A stretch of 62,689 nt of DNA, counting the filler, from Choristocarpus tenellus KU-1152 (taxonomy: Eukaryota > Protista > Phaeophyceae), in NCBI GenBank assembly GCA_964200185.2. It is 8 parts of 8 records of this genome, joined end to end, with 100 filler letters (N's around TTAATTAATTAA, not from the genome) between each part and the next. Parts side by side here need not be neighbours in the genome. Positions count along the whole stretch, not along the records: positions 38,535 to 46,438 come from CAXNAD020005420.1; positions 46,539 to 52,458 come from CAXNAD020009413.1; positions 52,559 to 59,842 come from CAXNAD020006408.1; 5 more parts are not named here. One strand, written 5' to 3'. Positions 44,901 to 57,149 of this stretch are shown in pieces. Under the pieces are notes generated by a model that saw nothing but the letters and a program-made list of their open reading frames with translations, had not been told where the DNA came from and made no database searches. The translations under genes and the position numbers were made by a program. Each line of letters starts with the position of its first letter. Within the stretch, counting starts at the first letter, position 1.

Positions 44901-45876
44901 AGTACATATGGGTGTATACTCTACTTTCGCTTTCACTGGTGTTGTCCTTCACAGATTGAACTCTATATTGACCACCCTGTTGCTGCAAAGAAGTATAGCA
45001 TGCTATGGCGTAACTTATGACAATCTGCTCAACCGATCCGTGGCCTCTCCCCATTCCCCTTCTCCCTTTCCCACATGCTACCCAATTTTGGTCATTGCTT
45101 CTCTCTGCCAGGGATGGTGCTGCTCTAGCAGGTGCTCTGCTGGAGGCGATGGATAAAATACCACTTAGTGGAATGTTCGCCACTCACCTCCATGAGCTCT
45201 TTGACCTACCTCTGGAGTGCAATACCCTCTCCTACAAGCGCATGGGTATTGATTGGGTGAGACTGACATGCTAATTCATATCGAGTCCCTCTTGACATAG
45301 ATTGGAGTCAGATCAGAAAAACGGAGGAACAGGTCTTTGCATGTTTCGTGTTATCACATGTTAGTTGTCCCACTTTGATTTTTGTTATGGGAAAGCTTTG
45401 TCACTTGTACATGTATGATGTGGAATGTTGGGGTTGGGATAAGGGTTAGGATGACCCTGTGCGTGCTCCTTGAAACAAGAAAATGTTTCAAATGACTTCA
45501 AGTACTCCTGAGTGTAGGATTGTGGTGCCTCCAAGGGCCACCTGCACCCCACGATCACTAACTCTGACCTCGCTAATTTTTGTCCAAAAGCGGTATTTGA
45601 TCCTTGGATATATTTCTTTTCTGAAAGGTCTGTAGATTGCTGTAATGTTTCACCCTGGTCCTGTCCCTCCATTTCCGTTACTACCTACCTAGGGTGATTT
45701 TCTGTTGAGGATCTTATTTGAGCACCCTATCCTCACCTTCAACCCTCAACCCCAAACCATAATCCCCCCCACTCCACTATATCTGTAAACTACTGCTTGA
45801 GCAGTCAGACAACGAAAACCCAAAGTGGACATACACAATGGAAGAAGGGAAGTGCACGGATTCACTCGCCCTACAG
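38941..45876 (+). CDS. MSH1: Plant-type organellar MutS homolog MSH1, internal fragment. Exons 38941-39492, 39948-40070, 40864-41103, 41553-41675, 42735-42851, 43552-43742, 43996-44154, 45112-45256, 45805-45876
   Basis: MutS ATPase domain: LLTAPNMSGKSTLMR, EGKSAFALEM, LVLVDELGKGTS, FATHLHEL. Features I recall from plant MSH1 rather than MSH2-6: HPHDRNGK..RYTTSRVEEALVAY, GWTLPTL, LLPYWL and PKWTYTMEEGKCTDSLAL. Both ends are cut by spacers. Confidence 0.85.
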
Positions 45877-46596
45877 GTAAGAAGTAGACAGAACTGGGAT
45901 TTGGTCTATGGTCAGATGTGCTTCGAATTTGGGCTAATGCAAGGGTCAGGGTGTAGGACATGGAGTAGGTTTAGGGTGTAAGGAGTCCTGAGAGTTGAAC
46001 TGGAGATCAGTACTTTAGTCAGTGGTGAAGGATTGAGAGGATGTAAGATAGGGCTTGGCAGGGCAGGAGTGCATGATCCTGGCAATATTTGCCTTGCTAA
46101 AGCTAGATAAGGCATGCACAGGTACATTTTTTTTTTCAGTCTTCTACCCATGATTCTCACTCAAAAAATCTTCGTGCACTCATGCGCACAACCTTGTTGA
46201 TGCAAAAGGGTGTAATGATTCATGGTGTAACCTTCACTTGAAATTAGTGTGCGTGCCCAACAAGGGTCTCTTAGGTGACCTTTTGTGACTCACAGCAACA
46301 TGTATCGCTTGCACAATGTCTCCCACATGCAGTAGTAGTTAACCCCAATCTCTGGTGAGGGGGGTAGGTGGTGGTTCAGTGACGTGTTGTTTGGGGCACT
46401 GTAGGGGCGGTAGAGGGTGAGAGTGGAAGAGTCTGCTTNNNNNNNNNNNNNNNNNNNNNNNNNNNNNNNNNNNNNNNNNNNNTTAATTAATTAANNNNNN
46501 NNNNNNNNNNNNNNNNNNNNNNNNNNNNNNNNNNNNNNCCCCCTTTCATACTCTTTCCCCTGTCCCCTACCGCCCTTTTTTGGTTGTATCATATAG

Positions 46597-46612
46597 TTAC
46601 TATTATTATTAC

Positions 46613-46648
<36 letters not shown>
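46597..46648. repeat. (TAT)n microsatellite
   Basis: Directly visible. Confidence 0.9.
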
Positions 46649-46649
<1 letters not shown>

Positions 46650-46929
46650 TTGGATATACTTGAAGGGTACGTATTCTGTTACTTAATATTATTATTATTA
46701 TATTTATTGAATAGTGTGGGCTTGTAGAAGAGCTAACCAAAGTGTACAATAGCAATGGTTTACCCTGGTCCACTCTCCCTCTGTCTATGCTTTCCCTTTC
46801 CACGACGAACCTATTGAGGTTGTGTTGTGTTCCTGAAGAGATTCAGTTTGTGAATGGCTCATGATTAGGGTAATTGTGTCTGTCTTGTCTGTCTTGTCTG
46901 TCTTGTCTGTCCTGTCTGTCTGCTATCAG

Positions 46930-48979
46930 GTGACAAAGGGAATGAAAGGGAAAGTCTCTGGGAAGAAGTCTGGGAAGAAGAGGGAAGTTGAGATTCCAAA
47001 GCAGCTAGCAGTCCTGTGCAACAAGGCCATTGAAGTAAGAGCAGCCTAGTTTAGGGTCATTTAGTGCTCCACCCTACCCTTTCCCACCTTCTTTTTATTA
47101 TTTTTGACAATCTCATCTAACTTATACCTTATACGTCTACCTGTCATTGGTACAGCACCAGACTTGTACTGCTTGTGACACCAGCTTTGTAGTCTGTGTC
47201 AGATTGTGTTTCAGATGTTGTAGGAAATGATGTCACTTTTATGATGTCACTTTTGTGATGTTACTCTTATCATGTCACTCTTGTGATGTTACTCTTATCA
47301 TGTCACTTTTATGATGTCACTCTTGTGATGTCGCTTTTATGATGTCACTCTTGTGATGTTACTCTTATGAAGTCACTTTTATGATGTCACTCTTGTGATG
47401 TCACTTTTATGGTGTCACTCTTGTGATGTTACCCTTATGATGTCACTTTTATCTTATTTTTTGTCTCTGGTTATTGAAAAGTTGGGGTTAGGTTAAGAGT
47501 CGAGTTATTTTGTGTTTTGAATTGGGGGGAGGAATTTGTGATTGATTGATTGATTGATTTAGTACTTGCTTGAAACGATTTGGTGAACTAGTTTAAATTG
47601 AACAGTGAGAATTTAAACTAATTTAAACTAATTTAAACACGGGTCACGGGAGGGGAGGGGGTGGTGAGAGGAAAGACTGAGTGCTAGAGGAGGAGGAGGC
47701 TCATTATATAATAATTATTGTTGTTAAGTGAGGGGTAATTCAACCATGGGTGTGGATGTACTCGAAAATTTGGTTGAGGGATTGGAAAGTTATGATTATG
47801 ATTTTGATTAAGTGAATTAGTTACTAATTATTTATAAAAAATAGCTGTGATAGAGCTGTTACGTTTGATAAGATTGCTGACTGTGCTTATACTAGACTGT
47901 ATTTGTGTGTTACGTGTCAATGTGTCAATGTGTGGAGCTGTCGAATGTGATGTTTCAGAGTATAGTACTTGTTTGTAGGTGTTAGGGATGACTGTAATCA
48001 ATGTGTGTAATATGGTTGTGGTCAAAGGGTCTTGTGTTGTGATGTGGATGTGATATGAACACAACACAATTGAGTATCCCGGTGTGAGGCTATGGTAGGG
48101 GCTTGAGACGTGCACGTAGCAATCATCTGGCTGGCATGGTGTGGGAAAGAGCGAGTTAACCTGAGTGACTTGACACCCTCAGTTTTTGGTTTTCTTTTTT
48201 TGAAATATTTTTTTAATACTTTATTCAATCCTTTTTTTTTTTGCTAATTTTTAAAATATTTTTTAATACTTTTTTTTTTAATACTTTTTTTTTTAATACT
48301 ACTTGTGTGTACGTTTTGTTTGGCACCAGGCGTACATGGCATATCCGGGAAAGGGTATGATGGTGGAGTATCCATTTCTTCCTAGAGCTGTGCTTGATGT
48401 TGTGCTTCCGGATCACTTTGGCATAGAGGTGTCCTCGACGGAGCGTGAGGCCATGCTCGACACAACCAAGATGTACTCCAAGGTGGGTGGGGTTTGTGAT
48501 GCGGGGGTGGCGGGGGAAGGAGAATATCTTTTCAAGTCTTGATGATTATAAGTTTTTCAAGTAATAGAGAGGAGGCGTTTTTCTCAGGGATGGAGATTAG
48601 ATTGATCTGGATGATTAGGTTGAGAGTGAAGACTTAGTTGTGTGTGAGTTTTTGTGTGTGTGTGTGTGTGTTTAGTTCCATGATTTTTATGGGGGCTTTG
48701 TTACCTTTGGTCGCGGTTTATGCGGTGGTATTGTAACTGTTGTGTTCTGTAGGGGTATTTCCATTGGCAGTTACGAGTTCTTACAAATATGGTGTCAAAC
48801 TTCCTTTTATGTTTTTCCTCGAGTCATATTTGGGTGATGTAAGTGAAGAGTAATGATGAGAGTGCACTCTTGTTTTCTCATTTTGTTGAGCAGATGATTC
48901 CTTGGCAGTTCCACGTAAACGCCTGCGAGGTATAGTCACCCTGTTTGTTGCCATCTCTCCCTCTCCATCTATGCTGTTT

Positions 48980-49025
<46 letters not shown>

Positions 49026-49215
49026 ACAAAACAACCAGGTGGCCAGCTTTCAGAAGCCAAAGGTCAGTGGGGAGTTCCATTCGGATATGGCGTTGAAGCA
49101 TGAATACGCGACTCCCCTTGTCCGAGAGATGGCGCTGAAGTACCTGTACCCTGTTTACATTCGACTGCTAGAGCTGCAAGCGTCACAGATTCCCCAAGGA
49201 GGAGGGGAGGGTTAG
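46930..49215 (+). CDS. C-terminal exons of a probable sulfotransferase-fold (P-loop) protein. Exons 46930-47034, 48330-48482, 49039-49215
   Basis: Three phase-0 exons end in TAG. The pattern VEY..LP..V...LPDHFGI....ER.AM.....YSK...F..D...K...ATP.VRE.A..YL..VY..L resembles, from memory, the C-terminus of a bacterial/diatom sulfotransferase-like family. The coding call is strong and the family call is moderate. Confidence 0.55.
47228..47451. repeat. Minisatellite, 14-bp unit TGATGTYACTYTTR, ~16 copies, intronic
   Basis: Directly visible tandem array with no unique spacers. Confidence 0.92.
48981..49024. repeat. (GT)n microsatellite just upstream of a 3' splice site
   Basis: Directly visible. 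Confidence 0.9.
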
Positions 49216-50826
49216 GTAGGTGTCAGGGTGTGATTAGCTGTCTTTAATGTCTGGATTGAGGCATGTGGGTTCTTGTGATCCTGTGTGGAGTGGGCTGTGT
49301 TGACCTGACTGGTAAGGGAGCGGGGTTGATTGTTGGATTGATTGTGTGTGATGTGAGGCTGTTGAGCGATGGGGGGAAGAGGGGAAGGGTGTCCAATTAT
49401 ACATGAAAGCTGCATGTGTTCTTTCATGTGAGTAATATGTGAGAGTGGGTGTAAGGAGTCAGTATGCTTCCTGACTATTGTTACAATTATTCATTTTATT
49501 TTTCTCTTTCTCTTTCTTACCGTATTAGGTGTTACATAGCCTGGTGCTTTGTTTTATTATATTTCTGGTACATGAAAATGTAGAGAGGCGTGTTGGAACT
49601 CCTCGTGGTACTATTTGATGGAGCTAGGGTAATGTATGTGTGTGTGTGGGGGGGTAGTGGTGGGTAAGGTGTAAAGGTGTTGGTGTGCTTGTTGGGGACA
49701 ACGTGATTGTTTATCCAGTATGAATTGGAGATACTCTCTTTTTTGTCTGGTGTATGGTCTACATGGTTATAGAAGGGACGCAATCAAGAGGTACATGCCC
49801 ACAGTGTAACCACAGTATTTTCACAGTCATACCCCATTTGCCTCGGGCTTTCTCTTTTTATGTCCTGTGAGATAGTCTTGACAGTAAGGCCACCCACACA
49901 AATGCTGCATCATTGTTGTTTACTTTCCCTCCATACTATGTTGGTTCTACTATGCCCATGTCTAAATCGCCTCTGTGTGTGTGTGTGTGTGTTACACATG
50001 GTGATGAATTTTGTTTGACTTGACAGTGCAATTGGTGGTTTGGTCTACTTGTTGCTTTGTACACTTATTGACTGTTACTGGCAGTTGGTAGGTAATTGAC
50101 GTCTTTGTGTGGATTTTTTGATGCTGAGATGGTGTACGACAGGAGGGTTTGGACTGCTGCCTCTGTGCCAAACAACCCTGCGCTTTTACTGGACCAGGGA
50201 TGGATGTCGTGGTTGACCCAATGGTCAGTTACATACAGTTACAGACAAGGACACACCCTGCTGAAGATATTTTTTTTTCGTTTGTGACAGTCATTCTGCT
50301 GGCCTTACCTGACCTGCCTAGCTGAGGTTCTATTTTGTTATTTCTAGGTAATGCCCCCTGCCTGTGGTGGTGATATGTTGCATTGTGAATGATTTCCCAA
50401 ATAGTTCTTGGCGTTTGAGTTAGATGTGTGCTACCGTCAGTGTTGAGTATGATAGTAGTTGGAGTGGAGGAGGGTTGGAGGTCTTCCCTTCACACCATGA
50501 CTATTTTGTTGTTACTACATTAACATTTGTTGTTTCCTATGGGGCTGTACGTTGTGTGTCCTTGACCTTCCAATTTGTTTGTTTTGTGTACCCCTTTGTT
50601 CTTCTGTGTATGTGTGTGTGTGTTTGTGTGTGTTTGTGTGTGTGTGTCTGTAGCTGAAGAGAGTTCTGCGGTTGTTGACTGTTCCTGTTTGTGTGTGAAA
50701 TTGTGATAGCAGGGGAGGCTGGGGTTGGATTGATGGGTTTCGTGATGTGTACTCCTGGCTATGCATTGATTTAATGCTTTGCTTACCTGGTGTGTTTGCT
50801 GTGCTTTGTTGATGCGGTGGTGTAGG

Positions 50827-50927
50827 TGTATGTATGTGTATGTGTATGTGTATGTATGTGTATGTATGTATGTATGTATGTGTATGTATGTATGTATGTA
50901 TGTATGTGTATGTGTATGTGTATGTGT
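50827..50927. repeat. Compound (GTAT)/(GTGTAT) microsatellite
   Basis: Directly visible. Confidence 0.9.
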
Positions 50928-52331
50928 TTTGGTAGTGTGTGGTTGGTTGTGTGTTAAGACAGAGCCACATTTATCATCGAATGAGTTGCTTTTGTGCCAG
51001 TTTTACGTCCAAGTGAGTGATAGTTTGCCCAAGTGATACGCGTTGTTTCAGTCGGCACAAGCCATAGTGTGTTTCTCCTTTTGCTTCCAAGAGTAAGGCA
51101 GTGCAAGGGGTGTGATGTGGTCTTCATGTAATGAGCTGTATGGATGGGGGTATTTTGTATGTGGCTGCACACGTACATATTTGTGTGCCCGTGCAGTTGA
51201 TGATACAGGAGAAATATGCCTGGCAAGGATGCGAAAACCAATCACGTGTATTTTTACCTGTGATTGATTGTGGTCACGAAGAGTGTAGTGAATGTAAGTG
51301 CTGCTGTCAACCTTGTTCTCTAAGTCTTGGGCTTCTGTTGTTTTGTGGCCCATTTTGTTGTGATGAAAACCACCATATTTTAGGGATAGGTGTGTATGTG
51401 TGCAGGAGGAAATTCACATAATAACATAATGTATAGTAAACTGCAAGATACAACTTTTTTTTCGTACCTGATGTATGTACCACGCACTCCAGAAGAACGT
51501 GTTGGATAAAGAGCCAAAATGAACACAAGCTACCCAGGTTTTGGGCTGTTTTGCATTTTGAGCTGGTTTTTTCAGCTTTATCATAGCAACCCACCCGTAT
51601 GTATTTCCATGGATGAAGTGATAAATTTGACTTGGTACATTATTGATATCTTTGTTGTTTGAGACTTTAGGACACGATTAACAAGAATCCCCTTACGTAC
51701 TTGTTGAAAAAGTTGAATTTTGCACACACATTTGTCAGCAAAACCTTGAATGCAACTCTGGGTACCTCTGGTTTTCTTGGGTCAAATTTTTCCTTAGTAG
51801 TAAGAACAGGTGTTGTGCTTGTGATTGATCAGGTCCATGCACCATGTTTTTTGGAGTTGTTTTTGATTCATTGTTCTGAACAATATTTTCTTGTACGATA
51901 ATAATTGGGAGGTACACACACACGTTTGCTCCTTGAATGCTGCAGCATGCTTTTTTCTAGTTTGAGATTTGCCATGCCCACTGGAGTATGGAATTAAGTC
52001 CTACTACAAAAACAAATACACTACTTCAAGTATGCAGCATCACGTAACTACATCCGTTATACGTCAAAGGTTTAGTCCAGTATAGACAGGGGAAAGACCA
52101 GACGATTATAGAATGAATAGTAATAATTGTAGGAAATTGGAAGGGTAATAAATGGAATAGAAGAACTGATTATAATTGATTAAGCAATCTCCTCATTGGT
52201 GGATTATTTTCTAATATATGTGCCTCTTATATGCAGTATGTGCCTCTTCTCTCCTTCAGTGATACTTCAATAATTCTCATGACCATAATATTCTAAGTAG
52301 CATATTAAACAGCCGATTTCAAAAATTGAGG

Positions 52332-52458
52332 ATGGGCTTGACCCAAAATTGACTGGGATAAAGCGTCGATATGTTTTTTTCTTTAAAAAAGTTTTTTGAC
52401 ACTTTAAAGAAAAAAACATTTCGACGCTTTATCCCAGTCAATTTTGGGTCAAGCCCAT
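52332..52458. repeat. Near-perfect palindrome (56-bp arms, 1 mismatch, 15-nt loop) running into a segment end
   Basis: ATGGGCTTGACCCAAAATTGACTGGGATAAAGCGTCGA... followed by its reverse complement ending ...CAAGCCCAT at 52458. Confidence 0.92.
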
Positions 52459-52561
52459 NNNNNNNNNNNNNNNNNNNNNNNNNNNNNNNNNNNNNNNNNN
52501 NNTTAATTAATTAANNNNNNNNNNNNNNNNNNNNNNNNNNNNNNNNNNNNNNNNNNNNCAC

Positions 52562-53841
52562 CTCCCTCAAACCAGCAAAGGCATCTTCCGTAAGGGCGCC
52601 TGGTTCCATACCACCGCCGTCGCCGTCGTTGGCCTCGGACGCGAAGCACTTGGGCGGAATTTTGTGTCCGTAGGTGTAGAGGTCTCCGAGGAGCTTCCAG
52701 GCGCAGGAAACCTTGCTTCCTCCTGAAGAGGAAGAACACTCCAGGAATATTCTTGTGACTTCGCAACCGGCACGGAGGGCGCCGGTAGCGGCGGTGTAGA
52801 GCCCCTCGCTGGCGCGGGCGTGTGCCTGGGCGAGGTATGCCTCGCCTGTGCCTTCAAGGACCATGAGGTCCTTGGGATCGAGGCTGAGGGCAGAGGCAAA
52901 GCTCTCAACCGCCTCGTCCACCCGCCCCAGTTGTCGCTGGATGGTCCCGACCTTGGGCACGGCCGGGGGAGTTGGGGAGTTGGAGAGTTGGAGAGGCGTT
53001 GATAGGGACAATGAAAAAAAAAAAAGTTTGCAGACGCACAAAGGAAGAGGAAAAGGAAAAGGAAAACATTTTATGGGTTTGGTCCCCTGAAGCGGCGCAA
53101 AGAATTGACGCCATGCAGGCAATTGAAACCCAGCAAGATGTTGCAGTAGTATGGTGTTTTCATTCGAGGTCATCGCTGCTGAGTAGGGAGCGTGTGCCCT
53201 ACTCTTAGTCAGAGAACCTGCCCAAGAAGCATAAGAAACATACCACGTTAGTCTTTCTGCCAAAATATATATATATATATATATATTATGCATTAACTTC
53301 TCTGGCAGATATTCTGGCTTTGAAGCAAAAGGTAGGGGAGGATCAGGAGTGTTTTTCTCAGAGGTGGTTTTGAGTTAAATTTAGAGATAAAATCAACAAA
53401 GAAAACGCCTCATTAGCGATCCAAGAGTTTTGACTAAGGGCTTCAATTTCCACCTACCAACCAAGAGTGTCTCCTTCCCCACCTGAGTCTTCACCCGGAC
53501 AAATGCCCCCAAGTCCTTGCACACCATCCCTCCATCCTGGTCCTCATGCATTAGTAGCTCCTCTGCCCTAGTGTATGCCTTGAGAGCGGCCTGGAGCTTA
53601 CCCTCAGAATGATAGCACCAGCCAAGATCAGACCAGTATGACCAAGAGGTAGGGCATCCACGTATAGCCTGGAGGAAAGATGTTTTACAAACAGCAGCGC
53701 ATCAACCACAAAAAATAAAATTGTTGCGATATCAATACATTTTTATTTATTGATATTAATATTCATATAGACACATAGATCAGTGACATGTCTCTATACA
53801 CTGCTTGCAATGTGTTGGCACCCCACCACTAGTATCAAACT

Positions 53842-53876
<35 letters not shown>

Positions 53877-56800
53877 CATCAAAGTGAACACTGGAGAGAG
53901 TTGTGTAAAAAAACGAAAAACCTCACACAATTCTGTCCCAGTCCAATAAACCAAACAGACTGCACCGGGATGAACGAATGCCTCACCATGATATTTGGGA
54001 AATTAAGCAAGCATTCGTCCTACCTGCAGCCCTCAGCTCAGACCAACCAATAGAAGAGACACCCCAATTATTACACCAGGACTTCAGGGTGATAAAAGGC
54101 GCAACAGACAATCACTCTTACATATCCTCAGGGTAAGGAATGAGCCGTTGAACCATGGAGAATTGATCGACTAAGTTTTATGCACACCTGCTGTAGCTGA
54201 CCTGCAGCTTCTGCCAGTTCGCCCTTGAGCATTCCAGACCGCCCTAGCCCAGCCCACGCCCAATGACACGATACGGAAAGCTCAGCACACTTCCGGAACA
54301 GCGCCAGAGCCAGCGTTTCCTGCAAATAAGGAGGTCACAAAACAAATCCCACTTGAACCGATGACTGCATTCGGCAAGACAAGGGACTAAACCACATGAC
54401 CGCACACAAGCAGCAAGCCCACCTCATCCGAGGGCAAATTCAACCTCCCTCCCGGCCTGCATACTTCAGCAAAGACTACCCTACTAGAACAGACACACAT
54501 TGACGTCATCAAGCACGCCTTCCCAAAGACCTGCCCATTTTGAAGATACAAGGCGGCCAACGCCTCTCCCGCCCCACGAATCTCTGGGTTGAGCTTCACA
54601 GCTCGGTCGAAGCACCCACGGGCGCGGTCCTGGTCCCCCCCAATGTGCTGGTACCAGTACCCCAACCACTCAAATGCCTGAGGTCAGGAGTGGAGAGTGA
54701 GCAAGCCTGAGGTTTTCGCAGATTTCACTTCCAGGAACTTCCTTCTTTCTTTTTTTTTCAAGCGAGCCGAATTATGGGCACGTATTAATATACGCATCTA
54801 ATGGGGATAGCCGTTTGTATTCCTCTAACCCCTCTCGTGTCCTGGCGATGGACTGAAGCTGCCCTTCTCGGGCATCGAACACAACATCTTGGCCCCTCTG
54901 AATCTAGTAAGCAGTCATATGCGTCCGCAATTCCAACCGCTCGTGCACTCTTTAGCTCCAAGGCATCCCTGCTATCTACTTCTTACTACTAGGTTTAGGT
55001 TTAGGGTTAGGGTTAACGTTAGAATGTGTCAGTGTGACACAAAGTAGTGTGGACAGCAAGGTACCTGAGCATTCAAGGGGTCGAGCTTGGCAGCCCTGAG
55101 GAGTGTGTTAAAACAGTGGCTGCGGTCCTCCCGCCACTCCCCACCAAGGTCCCAGTAACATCTATGGAGATAGGGGCAATGAGTGGAAGATGTGTAATGA
55201 AAACCTTGAACAAAATATAAACGAGAGCTATGCCATAGTGCCATCCATGGCCTTACATAAAAACAAGGACTCAAATAGCACACTACTATACACATACTAG
55301 GAGGACAGGAGATTGACATGGGCCCCCTGGTATACATGCCTTTGGAAGATTTGCCATGAGACATTTTGGCAAAATGACCACTACTATCAAGAACCAGCGA
55401 TGAGTATGCTTTGTATATGGGACAGGGTGAAACAAGCTGAACCTACCTTGCAAGCCGTAGGGCATTAACAGAGCTGTCTGGTTGAAGTTGTGCGGCCCTC
55501 TCAAGCAACGGCCTTGCAGCCTCCGAACCTCCCTCATCCAACGAGTCTCTGGACACAAGCAACAGCCACCCCATAAGACTCAGTGCTGGGGCAAAGTCAG
55601 GGTCTGCTGCCAATGCCTCCTTGATTCGGCTCTGTGCCTCACCATACTCGCCACCAGGGAGAGAAAGTAGAAGATCAGCTGCAGCACATAATGCACGGCA
55701 GCGAAGACGAGTTGTCTGACCATCTGAAACTTCACGTACCCTATGTCCATCTTTGGCTAACTCTTCAAGCACAACAAGGGCATCCTCAGTAAGCCCAACT
55801 AACCGTAACAACCCAGCTCTTGCCAGGGATAGGTCACCGACTGGGTCACAGTCAGGGAGTGGTGACATATGTGCTTCCTTGCTGGTGTGCAACTCCTCAA
55901 GCGCCGCATCAAGCCTTGACAGTGCCACTGAAGACTCAATGCCTGAATACCCTGACTGTTCACTTATCAAACACTCCAACGTCAGTTCACGCCACCTAGA
56001 CCCAGGGCCTTGTCTGATACCCACCCTCCCGTCCTCCTCACTCATCGCTGCTGTAGAAAGTTCAAGGAGAATCTTAGCCCTGGCTGAATCGCCTGTCCTG
56101 AAGGCCAAGAGAGCCAGGTGCAAACAGCCCTCGGCCCTAAGCCACACTCCCGCCCCATCCTCAATACCCCTTTCAGCTAGCTGCCGCAGCTCTTCTTGCG
56201 AAACCATCTCAGCAAAGGATGAAGAAAAAAGGATTACCGAAGCAGGAAACCCATCATCGCACCCCAACGACCTCAACATTCCCTGCACAACTTCACATTT
56301 GGACTTAACCTCAGCCCAACCACCCCCCGTCTGAACATCAGATCGAGGTATGGAAAGCTCTGCCCGGCCGAGTACCTGACAAAGAAGCGAGCGGCTGAAA
56401 CGGGCAGCTAGATCCTGTAAGAAGCGTGGCGAGAGCTCCTCGCCTCTGGAGACAAAACCATTCAGAAGTGTCATGCCTTCGGACATGAGGGTATTCAAAG
56501 GCTCCTGCGCGTTTTTTTTCAAGCTCTTTCCACGGTACGCATCTACGCACACTGCTAGCTCAGATAATGCGCCTTCTTGCGCAACGCGGTTGTTTGCGCG
56601 TCGAATGATTGCACACTCCTCTAGCTCATATTGCAGCACCGCAGCATGAAGAATTACCTCCAACTGCTCGTGCGGACTCTCTCCATCCGAAGACTTGGCA
56701 GAAGAATTATTAAGGTGGCAATTAAGCACACCCAGCGCTTCCTCACCTCGACCGAGAGAATGCAATACCCTAGCAAGTCGTAAACGCAAGGAGCGTGCTC

Positions 56801-57149
56801 GCCCATAGTTGGCCTTGCTATCAGCTATCTCTACAGCCCTCTGTAGCGGTACTGGCAGACCATTAAGGTTACCCGAACTTTCGTAGCAATCACAAAGCCC
56901 CTTCCATGCCTGAGGTGCTTCTGGGAGCACTTCCGTCGCTTTCTGAAAGCTTTTCTCGCACACAGGGTAGTCCTCGGCAGCGTGAGCAGCTAAGCCTGTT
57001 GTTATCAGTATCACGTACTTAGTCTGCGTGTCTTCAAGCTCAACCGAACCATCATATGCAACCGAAAGGGCAAGGCACATCTCCAGTGCTCGTGTTGGAT
57101 CTGACTGTATGCAGGCTCGGGCAGCCTTGAGATCTACCTTCAGTCCCAT
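52562..57149 (-). CDS. SKI3: SKI complex TPR subunit SKI3/TTC37, 3'-incomplete. Exons 57149-55447, 55161-55065, 54677-54531, 54319-54188, 53668-53483, 52951-52562
   Basis: Multiple TPR repeats with SKI3-typical segments: N-terminal KVDLKAARACI, PQAWKGL, LRAAKLDP..AQAFEWLGYWY, RARGCFDRAVKLNP, HWAW..LG, W.DLG.CY...GK..AALKAY.RA, SCAWKLLGD. All phases are compatible. Confidence 0.85.

Noticed and set aside
47228-47451. Regular repeat as a CRISPR array
   Set aside because: Contiguous 14-bp units with no unique spacers, no cas genes, and located in a eukaryotic intron.
38941-49215. Exons after spacer 46439-46538 as the MSH1 C-terminus
   Set aside because: They show no GIY-YIG motif or MutS similarity and lie across an artificial join.
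50424-51036. ORFs 50424-50657, 50515-50970 and 50779-51036
   Set aside because: Translations of GT/GTAT microsatellites (CVCV, YTYT).
55753-56334. 193-aa plus-strand ORF
   Set aside because: Antisense shadow of the long SKI3 first exon.
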